Positions 24,317 to 32,017 of a stretch of DNA of 64,000 bases are shown here, in pieces (the first letter of the stretch is position 1; each line of letters starts with the position of its first letter). The DNA is from a virus: the IMG/VR virus record IMGVR_UViG_3300017987_000063, positions 26,972 through 90,971 of that record; one strand, written 5' to 3'. The notes below the pieces were generated by a model. That model did not search any database and was not told the DNA's origin. It saw only the letters and a program-made list of their open reading frames with translations. A program made the translations under genes and the position numbers.

Positions 24317-24991
24317 TCATCCCGTACTCCTTCCTCTGCTTAATAATGCCTTCGCCATAGGCAGTAACTCCTTCCATTCATCGCCATACATCTTGGCGGG
24401 GTCTGGCTCTTCCCCGAACCGTACCCTGTCCAGCCTGTCCGCATTTGCAAAGCATATATCCAGTGTTCCGGCCTGAATACCCTCCCCCGGCTGTAGAAAA
24501 TCGTGCTTATTTATCGCCTCAGCCACGTATTCTATCCAGCGGGGGTCATACCCCCTGCGGGACGCAAACGCCCGCCACGTGGCCGCTCCTGCCGCCCCGT
24601 GCCCCTTTTCGGAGCCCTCTCCTTCCCTCATACAGTCATGGAAGAAGGCAGCCGTGGTCACGCCATACCGGATTATCTCCACATCGCGGAATATTTCGCC
24701 CTGCGGATACCGGTGGTTCTCGCACCACAATCCAGCCATAGCCCGCCCCAATATGGCCACCCTTACCCAATGAGCATAACCATGTAGCGGGGAATCCCAT
24801 TGCTGAAAAGCCCCCTCAATGGTCTCTCGCTCATGAGCGGTCAAGTGGAGCCACCTGTTAAAGTGAAACTCCACTTTTTGCCGGTGGTCTTCAACCTCAA
24901 ATCCGCTTAACACGATCCCCACCCTCCTATCAGCCAGAAGCTCTCCTCTGGAGTATCGGCTATTATTGGGATGGCCACCGCATATTCCCAC
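24317..24991 (-). CDS. HD-domain phosphohydrolase (start probably ~24914)
   Basis: HGYAHWVRV...FFHDC...HG...HD...ADRLD. Confidence 0.8.
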   Translation of the reverse strand: MGICGGHPNNSRYSRGELLADRRVGIVLSGFEVEDHRQKVEFHFNRWLHLTAHERETIEGAFQQWDSPLHGYAHWVRVAILGRAMAGLWCENHRYPQGEIFRDVEIIRYGVTTAAFFHDCMREGEGSEKGHGAAGAATWRAFASRRGYDPRWIEYVAEAINKHDFLQPGEGIQAGTLDICFANADRLDRVRFGEEPDPAKMYGDEWKELLPMAKALLSRGRSTG

Positions 24992-25218
24992 TTTCGCGCA
25001 TTCCTCATGCAGAATTTTCGCGCATCTTTCAAGCCATCTTCGCGGTAAAACGCCAGCCCTCTAATAACGACATTGTCCATCGTATCGAAGCCGCCGCCGT
25101 AACCATCGGGGTCATATTTTTCAATGGCATCCCGCTGCTGCTGGAGTTTAAAGATTTTCTTGACCTGCTCTGGAGAGCAGTGCCCTGCCACCCTCATTTC
25201 AATAAAGATTGCGCCCAT
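24907..25218 (-). CDS. Hypothetical protein
   Basis: Starts MGAIFIE after GAGGAG. Confidence 0.6.
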   Translation of the reverse strand: MGAIFIEMRVAGHCSPEQVKKIFKLQQQRDAIEKYDPDGYGGGFDTMDNVVIRGLAFYREDGLKDARKFCMRNARKWEYAVAIPIIADTPEESFWLIGGWGSC

Positions 25219-25219
25219 C

Positions 25220-25387
25220 TTATAACTCCTCAAGCTGCCTGTCAATCCGCTCGATCTGGTCGTCCATGCACCGGCGGAAGATTTCCCTGCCCTGCTCGGA
25301 GCAGAGCGGTAAAATATGGTCGCGCTCTTCAATGTACTCCTCGCGGAGCCTTCGGAGCCTTTTCCTGATTAATTCTTTGCCTTCCAT
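25220..25387 (-). CDS. 55 aa hypothetical protein (not in the ORF track)
   Basis: MEGKELIRKRLRRLREEY..., with a GGAGGACAGG leader. Confidence 0.6.
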   Translation of the reverse strand: MEGKELIRKRLRRLREEYIEERDHILPLCSEQGREIFRRCMDDQIERIDRQLEEL

Positions 25388-25397
25388 CCTGTCCTCC

Positions 25398-25532
25398 TTA
25401 ATACCAGTATTTCTGTAAGTTTTTAATTTCCTCGTCGTCCTGATGCTCTTGAGCGTACCTCATACCCTCAATAAAAGCCTCAAGGTTAATTTCGCCATCC
25501 TCGTACTGTGTCATCTCCTGTTTTTCGTTCAT
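25398..25532 (-). CDS. 44 aa acidic hypothetical protein (not in the ORF track)
   Basis: MNEKQEMTQYEDGE..., with a promoter and GGGGGACAGGACA leader. Confidence 0.6.
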   Translation of the reverse strand: MNEKQEMTQYEDGEINLEAFIEGMRYAQEHQDDEEIKNLQKYWY

Positions 25533-25555
25533 TGTCCTGTCCCCCTTTAACTATA

Positions 25556-25583
25556 ATTATAGCATATATATTTAAAATGTCAA
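25556..25583 (-). promoter_or_regulatory. sigma70-type promoter, conserved-spacer family
   Basis: TTGACA-TTTTAAATATATATGC (16 bp)-TATAAT. Confidence 0.8.
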
Positions 25584-25624
25584 GCATTTTCCAAAGGAAT
25601 TTGTGGAAAAAGCGAAGATTCAGA

Positions 25625-25707
25625 TAGCGGGGCGCGAATATTGACGTATTTTCCGCCCGGCTGCTGTTGAGCACTCCGCAGTCCGCCAAGAACTGCTTTA
25701 CCCCGCT
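25625..25707 (-). ncRNA. Degenerate tRNA-like element
   Basis: Acceptor stem AGCGGGG/CCCCGCU-A identical to the tRNA at 27013-27084 and a GCAGU/ACUGC arm. The other arms are non-canonical. Confidence 0.4.
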
Positions 25708-25709
25708 TT

Positions 25710-26385
25710 AACTTATACACAGGCAGGGTTGCGGAAGCGGCCCCGCGCCATCTCTACGTCCTCTGGTTGAGGCCCTCAATGTTACGCTTGCGTCCAGCCC
25801 GTTCGCCGGTTACCACTCGGCATACTCAACTGGACTGATTTTTCAGTGGTGGGGTTTGGCTACCTCTCGGCGACCTTTTCAGGTGTCCACGTCAACACAT
25901 GTCCGGTGTGCGTTCTTACACCGCCCCCGCCGGGCTCCACGCCAAGCAGGGGAAGGATTTTCACCTTACCTCCAGACTCTATGGCTCTGCGACCGCCATC
26001 CTGTCCACGTCTATAAGGGCTTACTGCCTCCACCGCCGTTCCGCTCCCATTTTTCAGGCTGTTTGCCGCAACCCTGTCTGTGTATAAATCTTATACGCTC
26101 AAGCGGGGGAGCGACCTTTCGGTCGCGTCCTGTGCCCGCTGGCTTACTCCACTGGCGGGAATGTCAACACCCGCATTTTCAATATGTTCCGGTTACATCA
26201 CAGCGGATTCACCCGCTTCAGCCTATAAAGTAACCGGTAAAAGGTGGGCAGCTTCAGGTGAGGCCCCGGTCGTCTATAGGTGCCTCTCAGATTCCGTTTG
26301 ACTTGTAATGCGTAACTTATAGCCGGGTATCCGACCGCCCGGCCTCCTTATGCCTCTGTGGGCATCTGGCATACGCCTCCCCCTT
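25710..26385 (-). ncRNA. Large structured ncRNA candidate (GOLLD/ROOL-like); ends approximate
   Basis: No credible minus-strand ORF over ~800 bp. A 22-bp long-range inverted repeat spans 25713-25734/26066-26087, with many nested hairpins such as GCGACC-GAAA-GGUCGC. A tRNA lies nearby. Confidence 0.6.
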
Positions 26386-26414
26386 TTTACCGATATTATT
26401 CAGATATTCAATTT

Positions 26415-26651
26415 TCAATGATCGTATAATTTGCTCTCGTACTCGTCAATCCATTCGTTGTATTTTTTATACCCGCCGATGGCCTCCGCCAGTGCGTCTA
26501 GTGTGTGGTGGAGCCCTGCATCGCGGGTCGTGCTCAATTCGTACATCAGCCTCTTGGCCATCTCCGCGTCCAGCTTTATGGTAACATCCGCGAAGTCTCC
26601 GATTTGGCTGGTGGTAACCTCAATGCCTTTTTCCTTTAACAGTCTTTTCAT
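26415..26651 (-). CDS. Hypothetical protein
   Basis: GGAGGACAGG leader. Confidence 0.7.
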   Translation of the reverse strand: MKRLLKEKGIEVTTSQIGDFADVTIKLDAEMAKRLMYELSTTRDAGLHHTLDALAEAIGGYKKYNEWIDEYESKLYDH

Positions 26652-26663
26652 GTCCTGTCCTCC

Positions 26664-26888
26664 TTAATAATCTTCCGGCTGCATGCCTTCAAAATCTTCA
26701 AGTTCCTGTTGGGCTAAAATGCTGTCCATTCCAGCCTCGGCCTCATCCTTCAGGGCTTGCTCAAAGCCCGCATCCCATAATCCCGCCCGCGTTCCATCAT
26801 CGTAAGGGTTATCTTCGGCCTCAAGGCCCTCAAGAGCCGCGTCATAACCTTCACTGTAAATGTCCTCATGGTCTTGTCCGTATCTCAT
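26664..26888 (-). CDS. Acidic small hypothetical protein
   Basis: GGAGGACAGG leader; GYDAA...NPY....WDAGF. Confidence 0.7.
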   Translation of the reverse strand: MRYGQDHEDIYSEGYDAALEGLEAEDNPYDDGTRAGLWDAGFEQALKDEAEAGMDSILAQQELEDFEGMQPEDY

Positions 26889-26937
26889 TGTCCTGTCCTC
26901 CTTGTTTTATTGGGCTTTTCTCGCCATCTTATATATA

Positions 26938-26965
26938 ATAATAGCATATATTTTTAAATTGTCAA
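26938..26965 (-). promoter_or_regulatory. sigma70-type promoter, conserved-spacer family
   Basis: TTGACA-ATTTAAAAATATATGC (16 bp)-TATTAT. Confidence 0.75.
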
Positions 26966-27012
26966 TACCTTTCCAGAATTATTTGCCGAAAAATTGCAGA
27001 TTCTTGGGGAAA

Positions 27013-27084
27013 TAGCGGGGGCAGGAGTTGAACCCACGATAGCCGGAATATGAATCCGGTGCCTTACCACTTGGCTACCCCGCT
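27013..27084 (-). tRNA. tRNA with anticodon CAU (Met or Ile2); CCA not encoded
   Basis: Full cloverleaf: AGCGGGG/CCCCGCU, D-arm GCC-AAGUGGUAA-GGC, CCGGA-UUCAUAU-UCCGG, and T-loop UUCAACU. Confidence 0.9.
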
Positions 27085-27089
27085 AAATC

Positions 27090-27118
27090 AAACGCCCCCG
27101 GTGGCGACGAGGGCGTTT
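27090..27118 (-). terminator. Hairpin after the last lysis-region gene (possible terminator)
   Basis: AAACGCCC/GGGCGTTT stem. Confidence 0.5.
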
Positions 27119-27159
27119 GTGAAAGGAGGATTCTTCCGGCAGTAAGCCAAGAAAAACCA

Positions 27160-27696
27160 CTAGAATTTAAGTATATCAAATCCGATGGCGAAATGCAAGC
27201 CCCGTTCGATAGGCTCATCCGGTGTCCAGCCGCAGCCCATCGTAAGGGTTAAAATCTCCGGTATAAGCTCCGTGCCTGTACCGATGATAATAACAGTCGC
27301 CCCCGCGCTCAACTCCACAAAGTCAGGCGCAATCACTTGCGCCCATTTTATCCATGTCCTGTTCGCGGGATTCTGGATTTGGGGAAAAAGGCGATACCGC
27401 GCTCCAATTGTAGGGGTAATAAGCGAATCTTCCCCAATAACCACTACGAAACCTCCTGTAATCTGTGGAAAGTACGTTGCCAGTTTCGCGCCGGGGTCAT
27501 CGGTTATCAGGTTGCCTTCGTCGTCGTAACGGAGCGGCGGTGCGCCTGCTTCCTCCGCGATAACCTCCGCCTCACTGTCATCCTGTCCAAACGCGCCATA
27601 AGGCAGTAAGAAAAGAATTGAGGTCATTAGGGTCAGGAGGATGCTTAATCTTTTCCCATGCCCGAAGGTACTGGACAAGTCGGTAAACTTTCGCAA
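27160..27696 (-). CDS. Exported protein, possibly a small outer-membrane beta-barrel
   Basis: Signal-peptide-like N-terminus, amphipathic strands and a C-terminal Phe. Confidence 0.55.
   Translation of the reverse strand: MRKFTDLSSTFGHGKRLSILLTLMTSILFLLPYGAFGQDDSEAEVIAEEAGAPPLRYDDEGNLITDDPGAKLATYFPQITGGFVVVIGEDSLITPTIGARYRLFPQIQNPANRTWIKWAQVIAPDFVELSAGATVIIIGTGTELIPEILTLTMGCGWTPDEPIERGLHFAIGFDILKF
27327..27342. repeat. 16-bp quasi-palindrome, copy 4
   Basis: Exact copy within a CDS, encoding AQVIA. Confidence 0.85.
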
Positions 27697-27831
27697 AGGC
27701 TTTTCTCCTATCTCGCTTCTGGAACCACTGGACGGCGGCCTGATTTACCAGCAGGGTCGCCGTTTCCAGCTTGGTTCCTTTAAGCCCTCCGGCCTTGCCG
27801 AGCATGTAAGCATACTGGGTAAGGCCGATAA

Positions 27832-28392
27832 TTACTTTTTTGGCGGCACCGAAGGGGTTTTTGTGGCCTTATTTCGCTCCTTAGACAACTGGGCGGCATG
27901 CTCCACCGCGCCGGTAAGCATGGAATCCACGTCCTGAACGCCTGCCTGTCCGAGCGCGAGCAGGGATGCGGGGCCGAGCATCTTCTTCATCTGCGTCAAC
28001 GCAAGACCCTTCAACTGGGTAATTTCGTCCTTTGTGAGCTTGCCATCGGCCTTAGCCGCCTTCATATCCTTGACATAAGCCTCATAAAGGTTCTCGGCCA
28101 CCCACCAAGCCGCCGTGTTGACGTTATCCAGTATCGAGGCCACCGCCTCATTCTGGACTTTGGCCTTTATCATACCGGAAACCGCCACCTTGCCCTTGAT
28201 AAACAGGGCGGAGATGATGGAACCGAAGATACCAGCCACTGCGACCACGATGGTTACGATGGTATCCAGTGTCGGGTCAACCGGTACATCCGTCGCGGGC
28301 GGCAGGGGAACCTCTGCGGTCTGTCCCAGCGCAATGGCTACCAGTCCCAGCACGAGCAGGGCGGAAAGCCCCAGCAAAATGTTCCGCTTCAT
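27832..28392 (-). CDS. Putative holin-like membrane protein
   Basis: Signal and TM segments plus the KAAKADGKLTKDE...IE.AV-like pattern, in the lysis cassette. Confidence 0.55.
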   Translation of the reverse strand: MKRNILLGLSALLVLGLVAIALGQTAEVPLPPATDVPVDPTLDTIVTIVVAVAGIFGSIISALFIKGKVAVSGMIKAKVQNEAVASILDNVNTAAWWVAENLYEAYVKDMKAAKADGKLTKDEITQLKGLALTQMKKMLGPASLLALGQAGVQDVDSMLTGAVEHAAQLSKERNKATKTPSVPPKK

Positions 28393-28826
28393 TACTCACC
28401 TCCCGTATAGGGCAGCGCAAGTATCGCCGTGCGTATTTTCATCTGCTCTTTTACGGGCAGCTTGGCATAAATGTCCATAAATAGCTGGGCTGTTGGAAGC
28501 TCTCCCGGCGATTCCTCGTCACCTTTTTCAATAGATTGAATCCACCACTCGGCCAGTAATGGAAGGGCCTGTGTAGCAGCGGTTTTAATGCACTCAGCAT
28601 TTTCATCGTAGTATTTGCACTGCTCCTCTGTCCACTTGCCGGTCTTGCATTGATTCCTTGCGGCGGTATCAAGGTAAGGCCAGCCGGTCTGGATACCTAT
28701 AGTCGCCACCTGAAAGCCAATTTCAATGGCTTGCTTCTGGTCGCACTGGGTCGCGCCGATTGTGACACCGCCTATGCCGAGGCATATTGCCAAGACAACC
28801 ACGATTCGCATCATTTTCGCTCTCAT
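28392..28826 (-). CDS. Putative lipoprotein in the lysis cassette
   Basis: Hydrophobic signal ending GATQC. Confidence 0.55.
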   Translation of the reverse strand: MRAKMMRIVVVLAICLGIGGVTIGATQCDQKQAIEIGFQVATIGIQTGWPYLDTAARNQCKTGKWTEEQCKYYDENAECIKTAATQALPLLAEWWIQSIEKGDEESPGELPTAQLFMDIYAKLPVKEQMKIRTAILALPYTGGE

Positions 28827-28935
28827 CGGTTCCTCCTAAGTTTTTAGTGTCCACCCGCAATGCGGGCATATTATAAGCCCCCACGGATCGAAGATAAAAT
28901 ACCTTCCACACTGGGGACAGAGTCGCCACCATACA

Positions 28936-29976
28936 TCATGTGGTGCGTTCCTTATCACCGGATTCCTGTATGTCTCCGCTGGCCGTGCCATCGAAATCCG
29001 CATCCATAAGCAAGGCGGGGGCTATTATAAACCATTTTATCGAGCTTTGGGTAATGTTCCTACTCCGGCGGCCACCGGAATTGGAGATATTGCCCTCGCG
29101 GAGTTCCAGCTTAGATGGCAGACCATTTCGCTTGATTACCCGCGCCACGCTGCCGGTATGCCCCCGTGTGCCGCCGTAGTTCATTATCATCGCCGAGCCG
29201 ACGGGCAGCGCGACGTTGCCGTTGACCACGTCCTCCTTGTTGACCACCCAGCCGATCATCTTTTTCTTGGGGTCAATTTTATTGTGCAGCGGGCTGCGGG
29301 GCTGCTTTTTCGCCCATGTGTAGTTGGCATAGCACAGGCCAATGCGCCCGCCGGAGTTTATGTAAGACCCTTTTCCGGCGGTCAAGCCGCTGGCCTCCCA
29401 CTCTATGCCGCATCTGGAATAGCAGCACCACGCGGGGCCTTGTGCCTTTTTAGCGGGGTTGTACCGTATCCACCAGTCAATGCCCCCGTGATCCGCTCCC
29501 GGCCATAAGGGGGGCAGATAGGGGCCGCGATTGGAGCCGTTGGGTATCTCTTTAAGCCCCTGTATGATATAATGCTCCCACACGGCTATTATGGCCGCGC
29601 CGAGGGCTGTTTTTTCCCTCTGTACCGTAGCGGGCACGCCTTGATTCTGTTTTTCAGGCTCCGAGTTTTTCAAAGCCCACCAGACATCCAAGTCCACCAC
29701 GCCGGGCTTCGTTATCTCGTCCAGTGGTATTTTTCGCGGGCCTATAAGCTGGACTTGGGCGAGCTTAACTGCCTCCTCTGTCCACGTCCCGAAGTCGCCA
29801 TCTATCCAGAATTTCTTGGCCTTCGGGTCTTCGGGCGTGCGAATGTTATTCCTTTTCGCAACGCTGGACGACCAGAATGGGTTATCGGGGCCGACACAGC
29901 CAAGTCCCCACAGGAGTCCCTGTAGAGCCTCGACATCCGCGCCCTGATCCCCTTTCATCAGAATTTTTTCTGGCAT
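28936..29976 (-). CDS. Endolysin with a peptidoglycan-binding domain and a CHAP-like amidase
   Basis: GDQGADVEALQ...DGDFG.WTEEAVK, plus SNRGP...AWC...GHTG...EGN. Confidence 0.8.
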   Translation of the reverse strand: MPEKILMKGDQGADVEALQGLLWGLGCVGPDNPFWSSSVAKRNNIRTPEDPKAKKFWIDGDFGTWTEEAVKLAQVQLIGPRKIPLDEITKPGVVDLDVWWALKNSEPEKQNQGVPATVQREKTALGAAIIAVWEHYIIQGLKEIPNGSNRGPYLPPLWPGADHGGIDWWIRYNPAKKAQGPAWCCYSRCGIEWEASGLTAGKGSYINSGGRIGLCYANYTWAKKQPRSPLHNKIDPKKKMIGWVVNKEDVVNGNVALPVGSAMIMNYGGTRGHTGSVARVIKRNGLPSKLELREGNISNSGGRRSRNITQSSIKWFIIAPALLMDADFDGTASGDIQESGDKERTT

Positions 29977-29988
29977 AAAACCTCCTTT

Positions 29989-30198
29989 TTAAGCCAGCAA
30001 GTCGGTTATTTCCGAGTAGTCTGCCGGATTTATAGTGTTCACCCCATCCACTTCGATGGGCGTGCAGGGATCGTCCAAAATTTTATATAGATGAACCGCG
30101 CCCGTAACAGGGTCGGGGTCATCTTGGCCGTTCGGAGCCCCATAAACTTGCCAAGCCAGCAGCACCTGTCCTGCATCCGAATGCGCATAATTAATCAT
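29989..30198 (-). CDS. Hypothetical protein
   Basis: AGGAGG RBS. Confidence 0.6.
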   Translation of the reverse strand: MINYAHSDAGQVLLAWQVYGAPNGQDDPDPVTGAVHLYKILDDPCTPIEVDGVNTINPADYSEITDLLA

Positions 30199-30212
30199 TT
30201 TATCCTCCTTCT

Positions 30213-30824
30213 TTAAAGGGCCATCGCGGGCAATTTAAGGGCAGTTAATCTGTGTCCGCTCGCCCAAAACGACAACTCGAATGTTCTTGTGCCTGCAGCA
30301 CCTGCGGGCGTGAGGAATGCCTGAAGTCTGTCTCCCGGTAAAAGCATTATTCCTCCATACTTTAGATATTCGGTAGGAGTGGCTCCCACCCAATTCCAGC
30401 CGCTTGATTCATTCCAGTCGCCTGAAACATTATCAGCGGGGGTGCCTTTAGTGTGTTCGAACAAGTGAGTAGCGTATTTCCAATTTGCCGCAGGAATATA
30501 GACAGGCGATAAACCGGTCGTCCGGTAGACCTCTATTTTTGCCGTTCCCGCAGTAGCCCCTACCTGAAAGACCGTTTTTACATCGGTAACTATTACCACC
30601 TCGTTTGCCGGAACCACAGGACTTAAATTCCACAAAAGGCCATTATTTGTGATGGTCTGATAGGTATCGTGAAACTCCGAAATGCTTACTACCGGACTGT
30701 CCTGTCTATCTTTTATGTCCTGCAGCAAAGTTTCAAGAGCACCTGTGTTGGTCTCAATAGCGGTCAATAAGGCAAGAAACTCCTCGTCCCCGCCAATAAC
30801 CTTCGGTAAATAGTTTTTAACCAT
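30213..30824 (-). CDS. Putative virion / tail-fibre-associated protein
   Basis: Position at the end of the tail module; beta-rich. Confidence 0.55.
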   Translation of the reverse strand: MVKNYLPKVIGGDEEFLALLTAIETNTGALETLLQDIKDRQDSPVVSISEFHDTYQTITNNGLLWNLSPVVPANEVVIVTDVKTVFQVGATAGTAKIEVYRTTGLSPVYIPAANWKYATHLFEHTKGTPADNVSGDWNESSGWNWVGATPTEYLKYGGIMLLPGDRLQAFLTPAGAAGTRTFELSFWASGHRLTALKLPAMAL

Positions 30825-30836
30825 CTCTATTCTCCT

Positions 30837-31556
30837 TTAGGCCACCAGACTGTCAATGGCCTGCGTAAACTTGGAAATCTCGCGGGGATAGTCTCCAAAG
30901 TCCGCAAGGTTCCCCGCGCCGGACGTAAAGCCCAAGAGAGCGGATACATCGTTGCTGGCAGGGGTAATTATCTCCACGCTGCCGGGGCCTGTGGCGTTTT
31001 TAGAGCGTATTCCAAGCTGCCTGCTATCCCCCACCTGCGCCGCAAAAGCCTCGGCAAGCGTATTAAACGCGACCAGTGAATTCAGATAATCCACAATCCC
31101 CGGCCCCACAGCATCCTCCTGTACCAGTCTTCCAGCCGTAGGGGTAAGGTCAATATCAACCAACGGCAAACCATCAATCTGAAACTTCACGTTGGCCGGA
31201 GAGCTTGGGAAAGTCACCGGATAGCTTGTCCCCGCCGAAATAAGCTCTGCCATTGTATCGTAAGCATGAAGGCCGGGATTCCACGGAGAATCTGACCCCA
31301 GCGTCAATATCCGGCGCATACCCCGTACCATCCAAAGGCCATAATTCACCGCCGAAAGCATGTTTTTAAAAAAGTACGGAATATGGTTGATATTCGTCAA
31401 TGGAGAGGCCACCGGAAAGCCGAAAGACTGCCGAACAGACTCCTCAAAATTCGGTATTTGGCCTTGTGGCACAGCCCATACCGCCTTAATGTCATAAGGC
31501 GCGGCTGCTGCCCATTCTACCACCACAAGTTGGTCAAGTTTTGGTCTGATTATCAT
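30837..31556 (-). CDS. Putative virion protein
   Basis: C-terminal beta domain resembling the capsid insertion. Confidence 0.55.
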   Translation of the reverse strand: MIIRPKLDQLVVVEWAAAAPYDIKAVWAVPQGQIPNFEESVRQSFGFPVASPLTNINHIPYFFKNMLSAVNYGLWMVRGMRRILTLGSDSPWNPGLHAYDTMAELISAGTSYPVTFPSSPANVKFQIDGLPLVDIDLTPTAGRLVQEDAVGPGIVDYLNSLVAFNTLAEAFAAQVGDSRQLGIRSKNATGPGSVEIITPASNDVSALLGFTSGAGNLADFGDYPREISKFTQAIDSLVA

Positions 31557-32005
31557 AACTGCACCTCCACGCCGGAGACCCTTGCTCCTATGTAATTATC
31601 GAACGTAACGTCTGCCGAGGTAATCCATGCCCAAGTAAGGATAAGCTCTTCGCCCGGCTCCAGCACGAGAGACGATTTTTCTCCTCCGCTGAAGTTGGGG
31701 AAGTAAATACCATCCGGTTCATCCGTCCCCGTAGCCTCGCTCCTTACCAATCCCATGCCGTTTGATACCGATAAAATAAGGTCATTTTTAGTCACACTGG
31801 CAGGGGGACTTCCTTGCTGGACTTCCTCTGCACCGGGATAATTCGGCAGCCAGTTTACCCTGACATCCTTGATTATCGCTCTTTTATCGGCGGGAGCTTG
31901 ATACAGAACCACCTGCTGTTTTAAGCTCCGATGGTTTGCCGTACCATCATTCGCCAGCATAATAATATGCTGGGCTAAAACGCGCTCTTCAATTGCTCTT
32001 GCCAT
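31553..32005 (-). CDS. Putative tail-fibre-associated protein
   Basis: LVLEPGEEL...VSGVEV pattern and position. Confidence 0.55.
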   Translation of the reverse strand: MARAIEERVLAQHIIMLANDGTANHRSLKQQVVLYQAPADKRAIIKDVRVNWLPNYPGAEEVQQGSPPASVTKNDLILSVSNGMGLVRSEATGTDEPDGIYFPNFSGGEKSSLVLEPGEELILTWAWITSADVTFDNYIGARVSGVEVQL

Positions 32006-32017
32006 ATCTGCCTCCTG

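Noticed and set aside
25713-26087. RNase P RNA or tmRNA as the identity of the 375-nt domain
   Set aside because: The size fits, but the RNase P GAGGAAAGUCC signature and tmRNA-type tRNA-like ends were not found.
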